NCBI GenBank assembly: GCA_963790205.1
Contig: CAWBNQ010000003.1
Location: forward strand, 320,001-384,000
Origin: Nitrospirota bacterium
GTDB lineage: Bacteria; Nitrospirota; UBA9217
Direction: 5' to 3'
Length of the DNA stretch: 64,000 nucleotides
A program made the translations under genes and the position numbers. Below the pieces are notes generated by a model. That model made no database searches and had not been told where the DNA came from. It saw only the letters and a program-made list of their open reading frames with translations. Positions 1 to 10,885 of this stretch are shown here, piece after piece (position 1 is the stretch's first letter; each line of letters begins with the position of its first letter).

Positions 1-1
1 G

Positions 2-703
2 GTCAATCCGTCCGCGCCGGCGAGCACGGTCGCGCACGCGCTCTATCCGGTCCCGCAGCACCTCAAGACCCCGCTCCTCCTGGAACTGTTAAAGCATACC
101 GATACGGAGTCCGTCCTGATTTTCACGCGCACGAAGCACCGCGCCAAGCGCGTGGGGCAGCAGCTCGAAAAGGCCGGCTACCGCGCCGCATCGCTCCAGG
201 GCAACCTGTCGCAGAACAGGCGCCAGGCGGCGCTCGACGGGTTCCGGAGCGGTTCGCATCAGATCCTCGTGGCGACCGACATCGCTGCGCGCGGCATCGA
301 CGTTTCCCTGATTTCCCACGTCATCAACTACGATATCCCCGACACGACCGACGCGTACACTCACCGGATCGGCCGCACGGGCCGCGCTGCGAAGACCGGC
401 GACGCTTTCACCTTCGTTACCCGCGAGGACGAGGACACGGTCCGGAGCATCGAGCGCGTCCTCGGAGAGAAGATCGAGCGCCGCACGCTGAAGGATTTCG
501 ATTATAAAAAAGCGGCGCCGGCGCGCGATATTGAGTTTGCGCGTCCGCCCCGCGAACAGCAGCGACGCAGCACCCAGAAGAGACCGGAGCAGGTCCAGGC
601 GCACACGCCCCGGACCGGCACGCATCATGGTCAGGCCGCGGCCCATCCCGCAGGAGCGCGGACCTTCAAACCACGCACGCACAGGCCGGGCCCCGTCCGC
701 TGA
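2..703 (+). CDS. DEAD-box RNA helicase (RhlE-like), 5'-partial
   Basis: Open frame from window edge; motifs IFTRTK, LVATDIAARGID, HRIGRTGRA; basic disordered tail. Confidence 0.9.
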   Translation, partial: VNPSAPASTVAHALYPVPQHLKTPLLLELLKHTDTESVLIFTRTKHRAKRVGQQLEKAGYRAASLQGNLSQNRRQAALDGFRSGSHQILVATDIAARGIDVSLISHVINYDIPDTTDAYTHRIGRTGRAAKTGDAFTFVTREDEDTVRSIERVLGEKIERRTLKDFDYKKAAPARDIEFARPPREQQRRSTQKRPEQVQAHTPRTGTHHGQAAAHPAGARTFKPRTHRPGPVR

Positions 704-737
704 GGCTGTCTCTTCACGCGTGGGCGTGCTGAGCGCT

Positions 738-775
738 AAAAAAAGGCCGCCGGCAAGAGCACGGGCGGCCTTTTT
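738..775. terminator. Likely bidirectional intrinsic terminator
   Basis: aaaaaaaggccgcc...ggcggccttttt hairpin between convergent genes. Confidence 0.75.
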
Positions 776-798
776 CATAAGTGTATTGACTTGACTGC

Positions 799-1875
799 TT
801 ACTTCTCGAAAAGCTTCGCGTATTTCCCATATCCTTCCTTCACCAGGTCTTCCTTCGGAATGAACCTGAGAGCCGCCGAATTCATGCAATAGCGAAGGCC
901 CGTTGGCGGGGGGCCGTCGTTAAAAACATGGCCCAGGTGCGAGCCGGCGTGTTTGCTCCGGACCTCGGTCCTGACCGCGAGGTACCACGTCCGGTCCTCC
1001 TTGGTCACGATGTTGCCGGGTTCGAGGGGCCGGCTGAAGCTCGGCCATCCCGTGCCGGATTCGTATTTATCGAGTGAGCTGAACAGGGGTTCGCCCGAGA
1101 CGATATCGACGTAGATGCCTGCTTTATGATTGTCCCAGTACTCGTTTCTGAAGGCCGGCTCGGTCCCGCCCTCCTGCGTTACCTCGTACTGCATCGAGGT
1201 CAGCTTCTTTTTTAATTCCTCCCGGGAAGGTTTCACATAAGAGCCTTCGACTTTTCCGCTCTGCGTTGCCTTGTCCTGTCCCCAGATCTTTTCCAGATAC
1301 TGGTCGCGGCCCGAATTAAAGCGGTAGAACTTGTAGCGGAGGGGATTCTTCTTCCAGTAATCCTGGTGATAATCCTCGGCCCGGTAAAAGGGCCCGGCGG
1401 GACGTATCTCGGTGACGATGGGTTTATCGAAACGGCCGGACTCCGCGAGCTTCTTCTTCGATTCTTCGGCAAGTCTCTTCTGCTCTTCATTGTGGTAGAA
1501 GATGGCGGACTGATACGACGGTCCGCGGTCCACGAATTGGCCTCCCGCATCAGTGGGGTTGATCTGCCTCCAGAAGACATCAAGGAGCTTTTCGTAGCTC
1601 ACCTTCGATGGATCATAGATGACTTCCACCGACTCCAGGTGGCCGGTGGTCTCGGAAGTCACTTCCTCATAGGTGGGGTTGACCGTGTGCCCCCCGGTGT
1701 AGCCGGAGACGACCTCTTTCACCCCGTCCAGTTTCTCGAAGGGCGGAGTCATGCACCAGAAGCAGCCCCCCGCAAAGGTCGCTTTTTCAAGGCGCTGAGC
1801 GCCGCCTGCAGCGGTTTGCGCAACAACGATGAGCGGGAAAAGAACCAACGACCCTATGAACAGTTTCCAAAACAT
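799..1875 (-). CDS. msrAB: Bifunctional peptide methionine sulfoxide reductase MsrA/MsrB with signal peptide
   Basis: GGCFWC (MsrA), HLGHVF and RYCMNS (MsrB); hydrophobic N-terminal signal sequence. Confidence 0.95.
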   Translation of the reverse strand: MFWKLFIGSLVLFPLIVVAQTAAGGAQRLEKATFAGGCFWCMTPPFEKLDGVKEVVSGYTGGHTVNPTYEEVTSETTGHLESVEVIYDPSKVSYEKLLDVFWRQINPTDAGGQFVDRGPSYQSAIFYHNEEQKRLAEESKKKLAESGRFDKPIVTEIRPAGPFYRAEDYHQDYWKKNPLRYKFYRFNSGRDQYLEKIWGQDKATQSGKVEGSYVKPSREELKKKLTSMQYEVTQEGGTEPAFRNEYWDNHKAGIYVDIVSGEPLFSSLDKYESGTGWPSFSRPLEPGNIVTKEDRTWYLAVRTEVRSKHAGSHLGHVFNDGPPPTGLRYCMNSAALRFIPKEDLVKEGYGKYAKLFEK

Positions 1876-1988
1876 GACAATGTTCCTCCTCTTTCTACCT
1901 TTTATTATACACCTTTATCCTGCGAGAAAACGACCGGCCTTCTTTTCTTGTTGTAATAACCGCTCTTTTGGAATAAATTATATTGTCT

Positions 1989-3023
1989 ATGTCCGACCAC
2001 AATATCCCCTATAAGGTCAGGGTCCTGGCGCTGACGGCCCTCATGGTTTTTATCTGGCTCGTCGTGGGTATGGTCTACACGGAACGGTTCATCGCCCCCC
2101 TTGGCCGCCTTGAGCTGTGGTTGATGCCCTGGAAGGGGGCAATACCCCCGGGGGCCGGCCTCGACAAGCGTCTTTCCATCATGCAGGACCAGCTCGACGC
2201 GTCCAACAGGGTCTCCTATTACGCGCTGGTGGCCATGATCGTGTCCTTCGCAGCCTTTATCGTGAACCTGTCGATCGTTTACCAGCAAAAGCAGCGGAGG
2301 GCGCGGGAGAACATGTTTCTCACGCTGAAAAACCGGGAGATCGCGCGGCGAAACGAATTTATCCGCTATATCTCGGCCACCATCGGCCACGAATTCAAGA
2401 ACAATCTCGGAAGGATAAAGCGAAGGATCGACCTGCTCCCCGGCCTTCCCCGGGACGCCCAGAAACGCATCGACGACAACCTGGACAAACTGTTCGCCGA
2501 CATCGATATCTTCAAAAAAATTTCGGACGAGCGCGAAGCCGGCCTGGTCGAGTTCCAGAATACCGATCTCAAGGCCATGCTGGACGTCCTGGCGGCGCAG
2601 TACGCCGATCTGGCGGACATCGAGGTTCACGAGAGAGCCGCCATCCCGATGATCTATGCCGCCCCGCCGCTCTTGAAGACGGTGTTCGAAAATGTGGTCG
2701 ACAATGCCGTCAAATACAAAAAGGCGGGACAGCCCCGAGCGCGCGTACAGGTTTCCTCCACGATCGAGAGCGACGGCAGCAGACGATACGTGACGGTTTC
2801 CGTGCGGGACGAGGGGGTCGGCATGGATGAACAGCAGGCCGATCAGTGTTTTTACAAGGGGAAGGGCCTTGGCGAGAACTGGGGACAGGGCCTCTATTTT
2901 GCCAAATACGTCGTGGGCCTTCATGCAGGCAAAATCAGGATCGGCAAGGAATATACGGCGCCGGGGAGAGGCGCGGAAATAATCATCAATCTGCCCTTTG
3001 TCGAGGAGGCGACGGATGTTTAA
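1989..3023 (+). CDS. Membrane sensor histidine kinase
   Basis: Two TM segments; H-box IGHEFKNNL, N-box ENVVDNAVKY, G1 DEGVGM, G2 GQGLY. Confidence 0.9.
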   Translation: MSDHNIPYKVRVLALTALMVFIWLVVGMVYTERFIAPLGRLELWLMPWKGAIPPGAGLDKRLSIMQDQLDASNRVSYYALVAMIVSFAAFIVNLSIVYQQKQRRARENMFLTLKNREIARRNEFIRYISATIGHEFKNNLGRIKRRIDLLPGLPRDAQKRIDDNLDKLFADIDIFKKISDEREAGLVEFQNTDLKAMLDVLAAQYADLADIEVHERAAIPMIYAAPPLLKTVFENVVDNAVKYKKAGQPRARVQVSSTIESDGSRRYVTVSVRDEGVGMDEQQADQCFYKGKGLGENWGQGLYFAKYVVGLHAGKIRIGKEYTAPGRGAEIIINLPFVEEATDV

Positions 3024-3906
3024 GGTGCTGATCGCCGACGACGATTTCGAGGATCGGGAGCTCCTGAAACTCGAAATTCAGCGGGCCCTCAAGGGGGACG
3101 ACCCCGACCTCCGGTTTCACGAGGCGGTCAGCGTCAGGGAGGCCGTCAAGGCCCTGACAACGCAGGTCTTCGATCTCATGACGCTCGACATCGAGTTCGA
3201 CAAAATGAATGAAGGGATCGATGCTTTGCCGGAGCTCTTTGAGACCCATCCGGCGCTGAACATCATCGTCATCAGCGGCAAGCTTGACAAAAGCGAGGTT
3301 TCGGAGCGCCTCTTCCGCTTCACCAAGGACAACGTGCTGAAGGGCAAACGCTGGGCCAGGCATTTCGACGTGCTCGACAAGAAGGATGACAAGACCGAGG
3401 CACTGCGGCGCGCCCATGCGTTCGCCGTGAAGCAGCGGGAGGGAGCGGACAGCCTCCGCGAGCTGTTTCTCCTTGCCGAATCCTATCTCGAGAAGAACAT
3501 GCTCGACAAATGCCTGGGAGTCTATCAAAAAATACAGCGTCTGGCCCCCGGGGAAATCGAGTCCACGGAAAACATCCGCATCGTCCAGGGAGAGGTATCG
3601 CCCGAGCAGGCGCTTGAATATCACCGGAGAGGGGAAAAGCTCGTGGCCTCCCTCCTGCTGGGCTATTATCTGGAAAACCGCCTGAGGGCGTTCACGAGCG
3701 CGGCGCTTGGACGGACGTTCGTGATCCTTTCCGATGGCCTGAAGTCTATGGAACAGGGCCGCCGCATAAGCCACTTCAGGAAAGGCCTGTTCCGAGAGTT
3801 GCTGGGACTGCGGAACAAGGCCATCCATCAGCCGGCAGCCGTCACGGAGAGCGATTTCAAGGCGGCCGTCAAAAAACTGGAACTCCTGGAGGAAACCGCG
3901 CCATGA
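3016..3906 (+). CDS. Response regulator: receiver + TPR-like helices + C-terminal HEPN-like (RxxxxH) domain
   Basis: REC motifs IADDD, DLMTLD, IVISG, LDKK; TPR-like LAESYLEKNMLDKCLGVYQKIQRLAP; LENRL (3670-3684) and RNKAIH (3811-3828); overlaps the kinase stop. REC is secure, HEPN is inferred. Confidence 0.75.
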   Translation: MFKVLIADDDFEDRELLKLEIQRALKGDDPDLRFHEAVSVREAVKALTTQVFDLMTLDIEFDKMNEGIDALPELFETHPALNIIVISGKLDKSEVSERLFRFTKDNVLKGKRWARHFDVLDKKDDKTEALRRAHAFAVKQREGADSLRELFLLAESYLEKNMLDKCLGVYQKIQRLAPGEIESTENIRIVQGEVSPEQALEYHRRGEKLVASLLLGYYLENRLRAFTSAALGRTFVILSDGLKSMEQGRRISHFRKGLFRELLGLRNKAIHQPAAVTESDFKAAVKKLELLEETAP

Positions 3907-4550
3907 ACGGCAAGTCCCTGTGGAAATACGCGCCGCCGGCCGGCCCGACCCTCAGCCTCCTGCTTATCGGCCTGGTGCTCTTGAGCGCCCTCGTTTATTA
4001 CCGGGCGGTCAAGATCCAGCGGTTTCTTGAACCCGCCCTGGCCCTTTCCCAACCCCGAAACGAATTCACCAAAAGCATCAACCAGAAATTCCATAAGGAG
4101 TTCGGAACGGAACCGATCAGGGGCCTCACGTTCAGGTCGGGCTCCTTTCTGATGGAAAAGTCCCTGCTGTTTACCCGCGAGGGAAGGCTTACCCCTTCCG
4201 CGCAGGTCGATCTCCAGAAACTTGCCCGCGTATTCCTGGCGCTCATGAAAGATGACCATGCGCGGTCCGAGATCAGCCTCGTCATGATCATCGGCCGCTT
4301 CCCCTCCCAGGGGGCGGGGGGAACGAACATCGCGGAGTGGGCGCAGGTGGGAAGAACGGTCGGGTTCATTCAGGACGCCCTGTTTCAGCTGGAGCCCGAG
4401 CTTGGAAAGCGGTACTCGACCTTCTTTGCAAGCGTTGTTCAACCTGCAAACCCGCACGAGCGAAACATGGATGCCGTGGAGTTTCGCATCATCCCCTCGG
4501 AATTCCTGCATATAGAAGTGCTGGAGAAACTGGAGAAGTATTTCCACTGA
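3903..4550 (+). CDS. Single-TM membrane protein with degenerate MotB/OmpA-like domain
   Basis: ATGA overlap with upstream gene; N-terminal TM; pattern SLLF...L..LA...I..IG...VEFRI. Confidence 0.55.
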   Translation: MNGKSLWKYAPPAGPTLSLLLIGLVLLSALVYYRAVKIQRFLEPALALSQPRNEFTKSINQKFHKEFGTEPIRGLTFRSGSFLMEKSLLFTREGRLTPSAQVDLQKLARVFLALMKDDHARSEISLVMIIGRFPSQGAGGTNIAEWAQVGRTVGFIQDALFQLEPELGKRYSTFFASVVQPANPHERNMDAVEFRIIPSEFLHIEVLEKLEKYFH

Positions 4551-4890
4551 TCTCCCCGCTTCGAACAACCTCCCTGCCTCGAACTGCGCTCCCGCCGGGA
4601 ATCACCTGCCCCCTTCCCACAGTCTGTCCGGCTTCGTTTCAGCCTCTACGATCATAAAACACTGTCCTGACGCTGTTGTTCCCGCGTTCCTGGAGAGGGG
4701 GCGGCTTTGCGTTGAAAGGTTTCCCCAACAGGCCTCGGCGGGACCACTCTCGCTCCTGTTAATACTTTACTCCTCATTTTCCTCGAAAAACGATCACGTT
4801 GTCGCAGCGCTTGTGCTATGATTTTCATGAGCGGTTGAATGAAAATAAGCTGAATGCTCCTGCATGGGGAGAATCGGAGTCTTCAAGGGC

Positions 4891-6388
4891 ATGAGACGCA
4901 TTTTGTATATGAGGATTGCCGTTCTTGCGGCAATCGCCGGTGCTGCGCTGACGGGGTGCGCTGTCGGCCCCGATTTCCATACGCCCGAGGCCTCGGACGC
5001 GACTGCCTATACGGCGACGGCGATGCCTCCGGAGACCGCGGCCTCGCCGGGTCCCGGCGGAGCTGCGCAGCGCCTGGTCCCGGAACAGGAGCTCCCCGCG
5101 CAATGGTGGACGCTGTTTCATTCCGCGGCGCTGGACCAGCTGGTCCGCCAGGCGCTTGCGGATAACCCCACGCTCGCGGCAGCGCAGGCCACGCTCCGCC
5201 AGTCGCAGGAAAGCCTGAACGCCCTCGTCGGCTCAGCGCTCTTTCCGAAGGTAGACGCGAATGCCTCGGTTTCGCGTCAGAAGATCTCGGGCGCCGCGTT
5301 CGGCCAACCCGAATCGCAATTCAGCCCCTTTACGCTCTATAACGCCTCGGTAAGTGTCTCGTATGCGCTCGATCTTTTCGGCGGAGCGCGGCGCGAGCTT
5401 GAGGCGTTGCGGTCGCAGGTCGATTTTCAGCGTTTTCAACTTGAAGGCGCCTTTCTCACGCTCACGTCGAACGTCGTCACCACCGCGGTAAAAGAAGCGT
5501 CGCTGCGCGCGCAGATCCGGGCGACCCAGGAGATCGTCGTTGCTCAGGATAAGCAGCTCGAACTGGTAGAGCGCCAGTTGCAGCTCGGGGGTGTAGCGCG
5601 CTCCGACGTGCTCGCACAGCGGGTGCAGGTCGCGCAAACGCGGGCGACCCTGCCGCCGCTGGAAAAAGAGCTCGCGCTGACCCGCCACCAACTGGCGGTG
5701 CTTGCCGGTCGGCTCCCCGGCGAAGCAGCATCCCTGCCCGAGTTCGACCTTGACGGACTGGAGCTGCCGCAGCAGCTGCCCCTGAGCCTGCCGTCATCGC
5801 TGGTGCGCCAGCGCCCCGACATCCGCGCTTCGGAAGCGCTGCTGCACGCAGCGAGCGCGCAGGTGGGCGTTGCAACAGCGAACCTCTATCCGCAGCTCAC
5901 GCTGAGCGGCAGTTACGGGTCGGAGGCGGTCAAGCCCGGCACTCTGTTTTCCAGCGGCACGGCGGTTTGGAATCTCGGGGCGGGATTACTGCAGCCCCTC
6001 TTTCACGGCGGGGAGTTGAGCGCAAAGCGCCGTGCCGCCGTCGCCGCGTACGATCAGGCTGCGGCGCAGTATCGCGCGACCGTTCTGCAGGCGTTCCAGA
6101 ACGTGGCCGATGTGCTGCGGGCGCTGGAAGCGGATGCAAGGGCGCTCCAGGCAGCAGGCGGACGCCGAGGCGGCGGCGCGCGACACGCTCGACCTGACCC
6201 AGAAGCAGTTCCAGCTCGGCGCTGTGAGCTACCTCTCACTGCTCAATGCCGAGCGCCAGTACCAGCAGTCGAGGATCAGTCTGGTCCAGGCGCAGGCCGC
6301 GCGCTTCGCAGACACGGCGGCGCTGTTCCAGGCCCTCGGGGGCGGGTGGTGGAACCGGGAGAAGGAAGAGGTTAAAAGTAAAAAGTGA
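4891..6388 (+). pseudogene. RND efflux outer-membrane factor (NodT/TolC family lipoprotein), +1 frameshift near 6153 (possibly assembly error)
   Basis: Lipobox LTGC-AVGPDF, RQRPDIRASE, ALFQALGGGW reached only after a frame change. Confidence 0.85.
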
Positions 6389-6434
6389 GAAGTAAGCAGT
6401 AAGAAGTTAGAATCAAGAAGAAGGAGAATGCTTC

Positions 6435-7563
6435 ATGTCCAAGCGAATGGTGATCATGCTGGCGATCGTCGGGCTGCTGTTCGGCGGGGTTTTCGGATTC
6501 AAGATGTTCAAGGCGGGCATGATGAAGAAATACATGTCCTTCCAGGCGCCGCCGTCGACGGTGACGGCGATGAAGGCAGAGTATCAGACCTGGCAGCCGC
6601 AGCTCTCGGCGGTGGGGAGTCTGCGCGCCGTGCGCGGCGTGGAAGTAACGAGCGAGATCGCAGGCCTTGTGCGCACGCTCCACATCAAACCCGACGAGGA
6701 GGTGAAGGAGGGGCAGGTGCTGGTCGAACTGAATGCCGATGCCGATATCGCGCAGCTGCACGCCCTCGAAGCAGCGGCCGATCTGGCCCAGACGGTCTAC
6801 GACCGGGACAAAAAACAGCTCGAAGTCCAGGCCGTGAGCCAGGCGACCGTCGACGCCGACGCTGCCGATCTTCGGAGCAAGCGCGCCCAGGTGGCGCAGC
6901 AGCAGGCTCTGGTCGAGAAGAAGACGATCCGCGCGCCCTTTGCGGGTAGGCTCGGCATCACCACCGTGAACCCGGGTCAGTATGTGAACCCCGGCGACAG
7001 GATCGTTACGCTCCAGTCGCTCGACGCGGTCTACTGCGACTTTTACCTCCCGCAGCAGGAGCTTTCGCGGCTCGCGATCGGCCAGAAGATCGTGGTCACG
7101 ACCGACTCCTATCCGGGCAGATCTTTCACGGGAAAGATCACTGCCATCAACCCCAAGGTGGACCCTGATACGCGAAACGTCCAGGTCGAGGCAACGATCA
7201 TGAATCCCGGGCACAAGCTGCTCCCGGGGATGTACGCGGCAGTGGACGTGCGGGCCGGGGCCGTGCAGCGCTATCTGACGCTCCCCCAGACGGCAGTGAC
7301 CTACAACCCCTACGGCGACACGGTCTTCCTCGTCGAGGAGGGCGGCAAGGGCCCCGAAGGGAAGCCGCTCTTGACCGCGAAACAGGCCTTCGTCACCCTC
7401 GGCCCCACGCGGGGCGACCAGATAGCCGTCATGACGGGGGTGAAGGAAGGGGACACGGTGGTCACGAGCGGACAACTGAAGCTCAAGAACGGAAGCACGC
7501 GTGATCATCGACAACAGGGTCCAACCGGCGAACGAGGAAGCGCCGAAGCCGGAGGAACAATAG
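6435..7563 (+). pseudogene. RND periplasmic adaptor (AcrA/MexH-like), +1 frameshift near 7500
   Basis: IRAPFAG, LLPGMYA, VVTSGQLKL; natural C-terminus VIIDNRVQP...EEQ* lies in the +1 frame ending at 7563. Confidence 0.85.
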
Positions 7564-7589
7564 AGGGGCAAGCACCAGCTTTCAAACAC

Positions 7590-7633
7590 CGCCCTGCACT
7601 CGCGACAAGCGCTCATTACCGCCGGATGCACGC
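7590..7633 (+). repeat. 43-44 nt palindromic mini-element, copy A
   Basis: cgccctgcactcgcg...cgccggatgcacgc; related copies at 16301-16343 and 35797-35882. Confidence 0.65.
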
Positions 7634-7735
7634 AAATCACAAATAAGCTCCAAGCACCAAGCATGAATGACCGAAACGTTTTGAATTTGGAATTTGCCGT
7701 TTGGAATTTATTTGAGATTTGTAATTTGGAATTTC
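7634..7735. repeat. 7-nt-period inverted intergenic repeat array
   Basis: aaatcac/aagcacc units facing gaatttg/gatttgt units around aaacgttt. Confidence 0.7.
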
Positions 7736-7744
7736 GAGGTATTC

Positions 7745-10700
7745 ATGCATTTCACCGACCTCTTCATAAAACGTCCCGTGCTGGCCACGGTGGTGAGCCT
7801 GCTTGATTCTCGTACTGGGCCTTCGTTCGGTCGGACTTCTGCCGGTGCGCCAGTACCCGCTGATCCAGAACGCGGTCGTGACGGTCCAGACCGTGTATTA
7901 CGGCGCGGACCCGGCCCTTGTCGCCGGTTTCATCACGACGCCGCTCGAGAACTCGATCGCCCAGGCAAACGGCATCGACTATCTCACCTCTTCGAGCAGG
8001 CAGAGCGTGAGCACGATCCAGGCGAACCTGCGCCTGAATTACGATCCGAACAAGGCCCTGACCGAGATCAACACCCGGGTGAACGCGGTGCTGAACCAGC
8101 TGCCCCGTGACGCGCAGCAGCCCGTCATCACCGTCGCCATCGGCGAGACCATCGATTCGATGTACATCGGTTTTTCGAGCAAGGTGCTGCCCACGAACAA
8201 GATCACCGACTATCTGATCCGGGTCGTGCAGCCCAAGCTGCAGGCCGTGGACGGCGTGCAGACGGCCGAGATCCTGGGCCAGCGCCAGTTCGCGCTCCGG
8301 GCGTGGCTCGACCCGGTGAAGATGGCGGCCCTGGGCGTCACCGCCACGGACGTGAGCAACGCCCTGGCGGCCAATGACTTCATCTCCGCCCTGGGCCGCA
8401 CCAAGGGCCAGATGGTGACCGTGGACCTCACCGCGGACACGAGCCTGCACTCCGTGGACGAATTCCGCAACCTCGTGATCCGGCAGAAGAACGGCGCGCT
8501 CGTCCGCCTGGGCGACGTGGCCAACGTGACGCTCGGGGCCGAAGACTACGATACGGCGGTGACCTTCGACGGCAAGAGCGCCGTGTACATCGGCATCAAG
8601 GTCGCGCCCACGGCCAACCTGCTCACGGTGATCGACGGCGTGCGCAAGGCCTTTCCCGCAATCGCGGAGCAGCTGCCGCGAAGGACTCGACGGCCGCATC
8701 GTGTACGACGCCACAAAGTACGTGAACAGCTCGATCCGCGAGGTGGTCAGGACCCTGATCGAGGCGCTCCTGATCGTGACGGTCGTGATCTTCCTGTTCC
8801 TCGGCACGGTGCGGTCGGTCATCATCCCGACGATCGCCATGCCGCTCTCCCTGATCGGCGCGTTTTTCATCATGCTCGTGCTGGGCTACACCATCAACCT
8901 TCTGACCCTGCTCGCGCTGGTGCTCGCCATCGGCCTCGTGGTCGATGACGCCATCATCGTGGTCGAGAACGTGCACCGCCACATGGAGGCAGGCATGAAG
9001 CCCCTGCCCGCCGCGCTCCAGGGCGCGCGCGAGCTCGCCGGGCCCATCGTCGCTATCTCGGTGGTTCTGATCGCCGTGTACATTCCCATCGGGTTCATGG
9101 GCGGGCTCACGGGCGCGCTCTTCACCGAGTTCGCCTACACCCTGGCCGGGGCCGTGGCCGTGTCCGCGGTCATCGCGCTCACGCTCTCGCCCATGATGTG
9201 TTCGCGGTTCCTCAAACCCTTCGAGCACGACGGCCAGAACCGGTTCGCGGCATGGATCGACCGGCAGTTCGGGAACCTGCGCCAGCGGCTACGAGCGGCT
9301 GCTGCACGCGTCGCTCAACACGCTTGCGGTCACGGGCGTGTTCGCCGCGCTCATTCTCGTGAGCATTTATTTTCTCTATACGACCTCGAAGAGCGAGCTC
9401 GCGCCCGACGAGGACCAGGGCATCATCATCGCGCTCACCACGGCGGCGCCCAATGCCACGCTGGACCAGACGCTGCTCTCGACGCGGCAGGTGTACGATA
9501 TTTTCGCTTCCTATCCCGAGACCGACCATGTGTTCCAGTTCGCCGGCGCCGGCGCGCTGAACATCGCCTTCAGCGGCATGGTGTTCAAACCGTGGGATGA
9601 GCGGAAACGCACGTCGATGGAGCTGCTGCCGCCAGGTCCAGATGAAGCTGGGCCGGATCGCCGCTTCCCGCTCGGCTGCCTTTCTCAGGCCTCCGCTTCC
9701 CGGAAGCAGCGGGCTGCCGGTACAGTTCGTGATCGGCACGACCGAATCCTACGAGCGCCTGAACGAGGTTTCACAGGCCTTTCTGGGCAAGGCCTATGCC
9801 AGCGGCATGTTTGCCTACCTGGACAATGATCTCAAGCTCGACAAACCGCAGACCACGGTCGACATCGACCGCGACAAGGCGGCCCAGCTCGGTTTGACCA
9901 TGCGGGACGTGGGCGGCGCCCTGGGGTCCATGCTGGGCGGCGGCTATGTCAACTACTTCAGCCTTGCCGGCCGCTCCTACAAGGTGATCCCGCAGGTGAT
10001 GCGAGGCAAGAGCGGTTGAACGCGGAGCAGCTGAAGGACTATTACATCACGACGCCGGCGGGGGCATCGGTGCCGCTTTCGACGATAACGAAATTAAGGA
10101 CGACCGTCGTTCCCGAGTCCCTGAACCACTTTCAGCAGCTCAATTCAGCGACCGTTTCGGGCGTGCTGAGGCAGGGCGTTACCCTGGGCCAGGCCCTGGA
10201 AACGCTCACGGCCCTGGCAAAGGACGCCCTGCCGCAGGGTTACAGCGTCGATTACGCGGGCCAGTCCCGGCAGTACGTGCAGGAATCGACGGCGCTCGAG
10301 GTCACGTTCGTTTTCTCGATGATCATCATTTTCCTGGCGCTTGCGGCCTTGTTCGAGAGCTTCCGCGATCCCTTCATCGTGCTCGTCTCCGTGCCCATGT
10401 CGATCTGCGGGGCCATGATCTTCATCAGCCTGGGCGTGGGCGGGGCGAGCCTGAATATCTACACCGAGGTGGGTCTGGTGACCTTGATCGGCCTCATCAG
10501 CAAGCACGGCATCCTCATCGTCCAGTTCGCGAACGACCTCCAGCGCGAGGGCAAGGGCAAGCGCGAGGCCGTGGAGACGGCCGCCGCGATCCGGCTCCGG
10601 CCGATCCTGATGACGACCGCGGCCATGGTCCTGGGCGTGCTGCCGCTCGTGACCGCGACGGGCGCCGGCGCCGCAGGCCGCTTCAACATGGGGCTGGTGA

Positions 10701-10840
10701 TCATGACCGGGATATCGATCGGCACCCTGTTCACGCTGTTCGTAGTGCCGGCGATGTATATGTTCCTTGCAGCGGAGCACGTGAAGGAGGAGGCGGGCGA
10801 GGGAATTCCGGGTGCGGCGCCGCAATCGCCTCGCTCCTGA
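7745..10840 (+). pseudogene. RND permease (AcrB/MexI-like), about 5 frameshifts (possibly assembly errors)
   Basis: MHFTDLFIKRPVLA start, GLVVDDAIIVVENV, RLRPILMTT, TLFVVPAMY spread over six consecutive frame segments. Confidence 0.9.
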
Positions 10841-10885
10841 GCTTCCTGGATTTTTTGCAGAACGATATGAATCCGGAGAGAGAGA

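Noticed and set aside
3903..4550. Calling the locus a Zorya system
   Set aside because: No ZorA/MotA-like gene and no ZorC/D/E; only a weak OmpA-like resemblance
6140..10020. Programmed frameshifting or phase variation in the RND operon
   Set aside because: Shifts are not at slippery heptamers or long homopolymers and are too numerous
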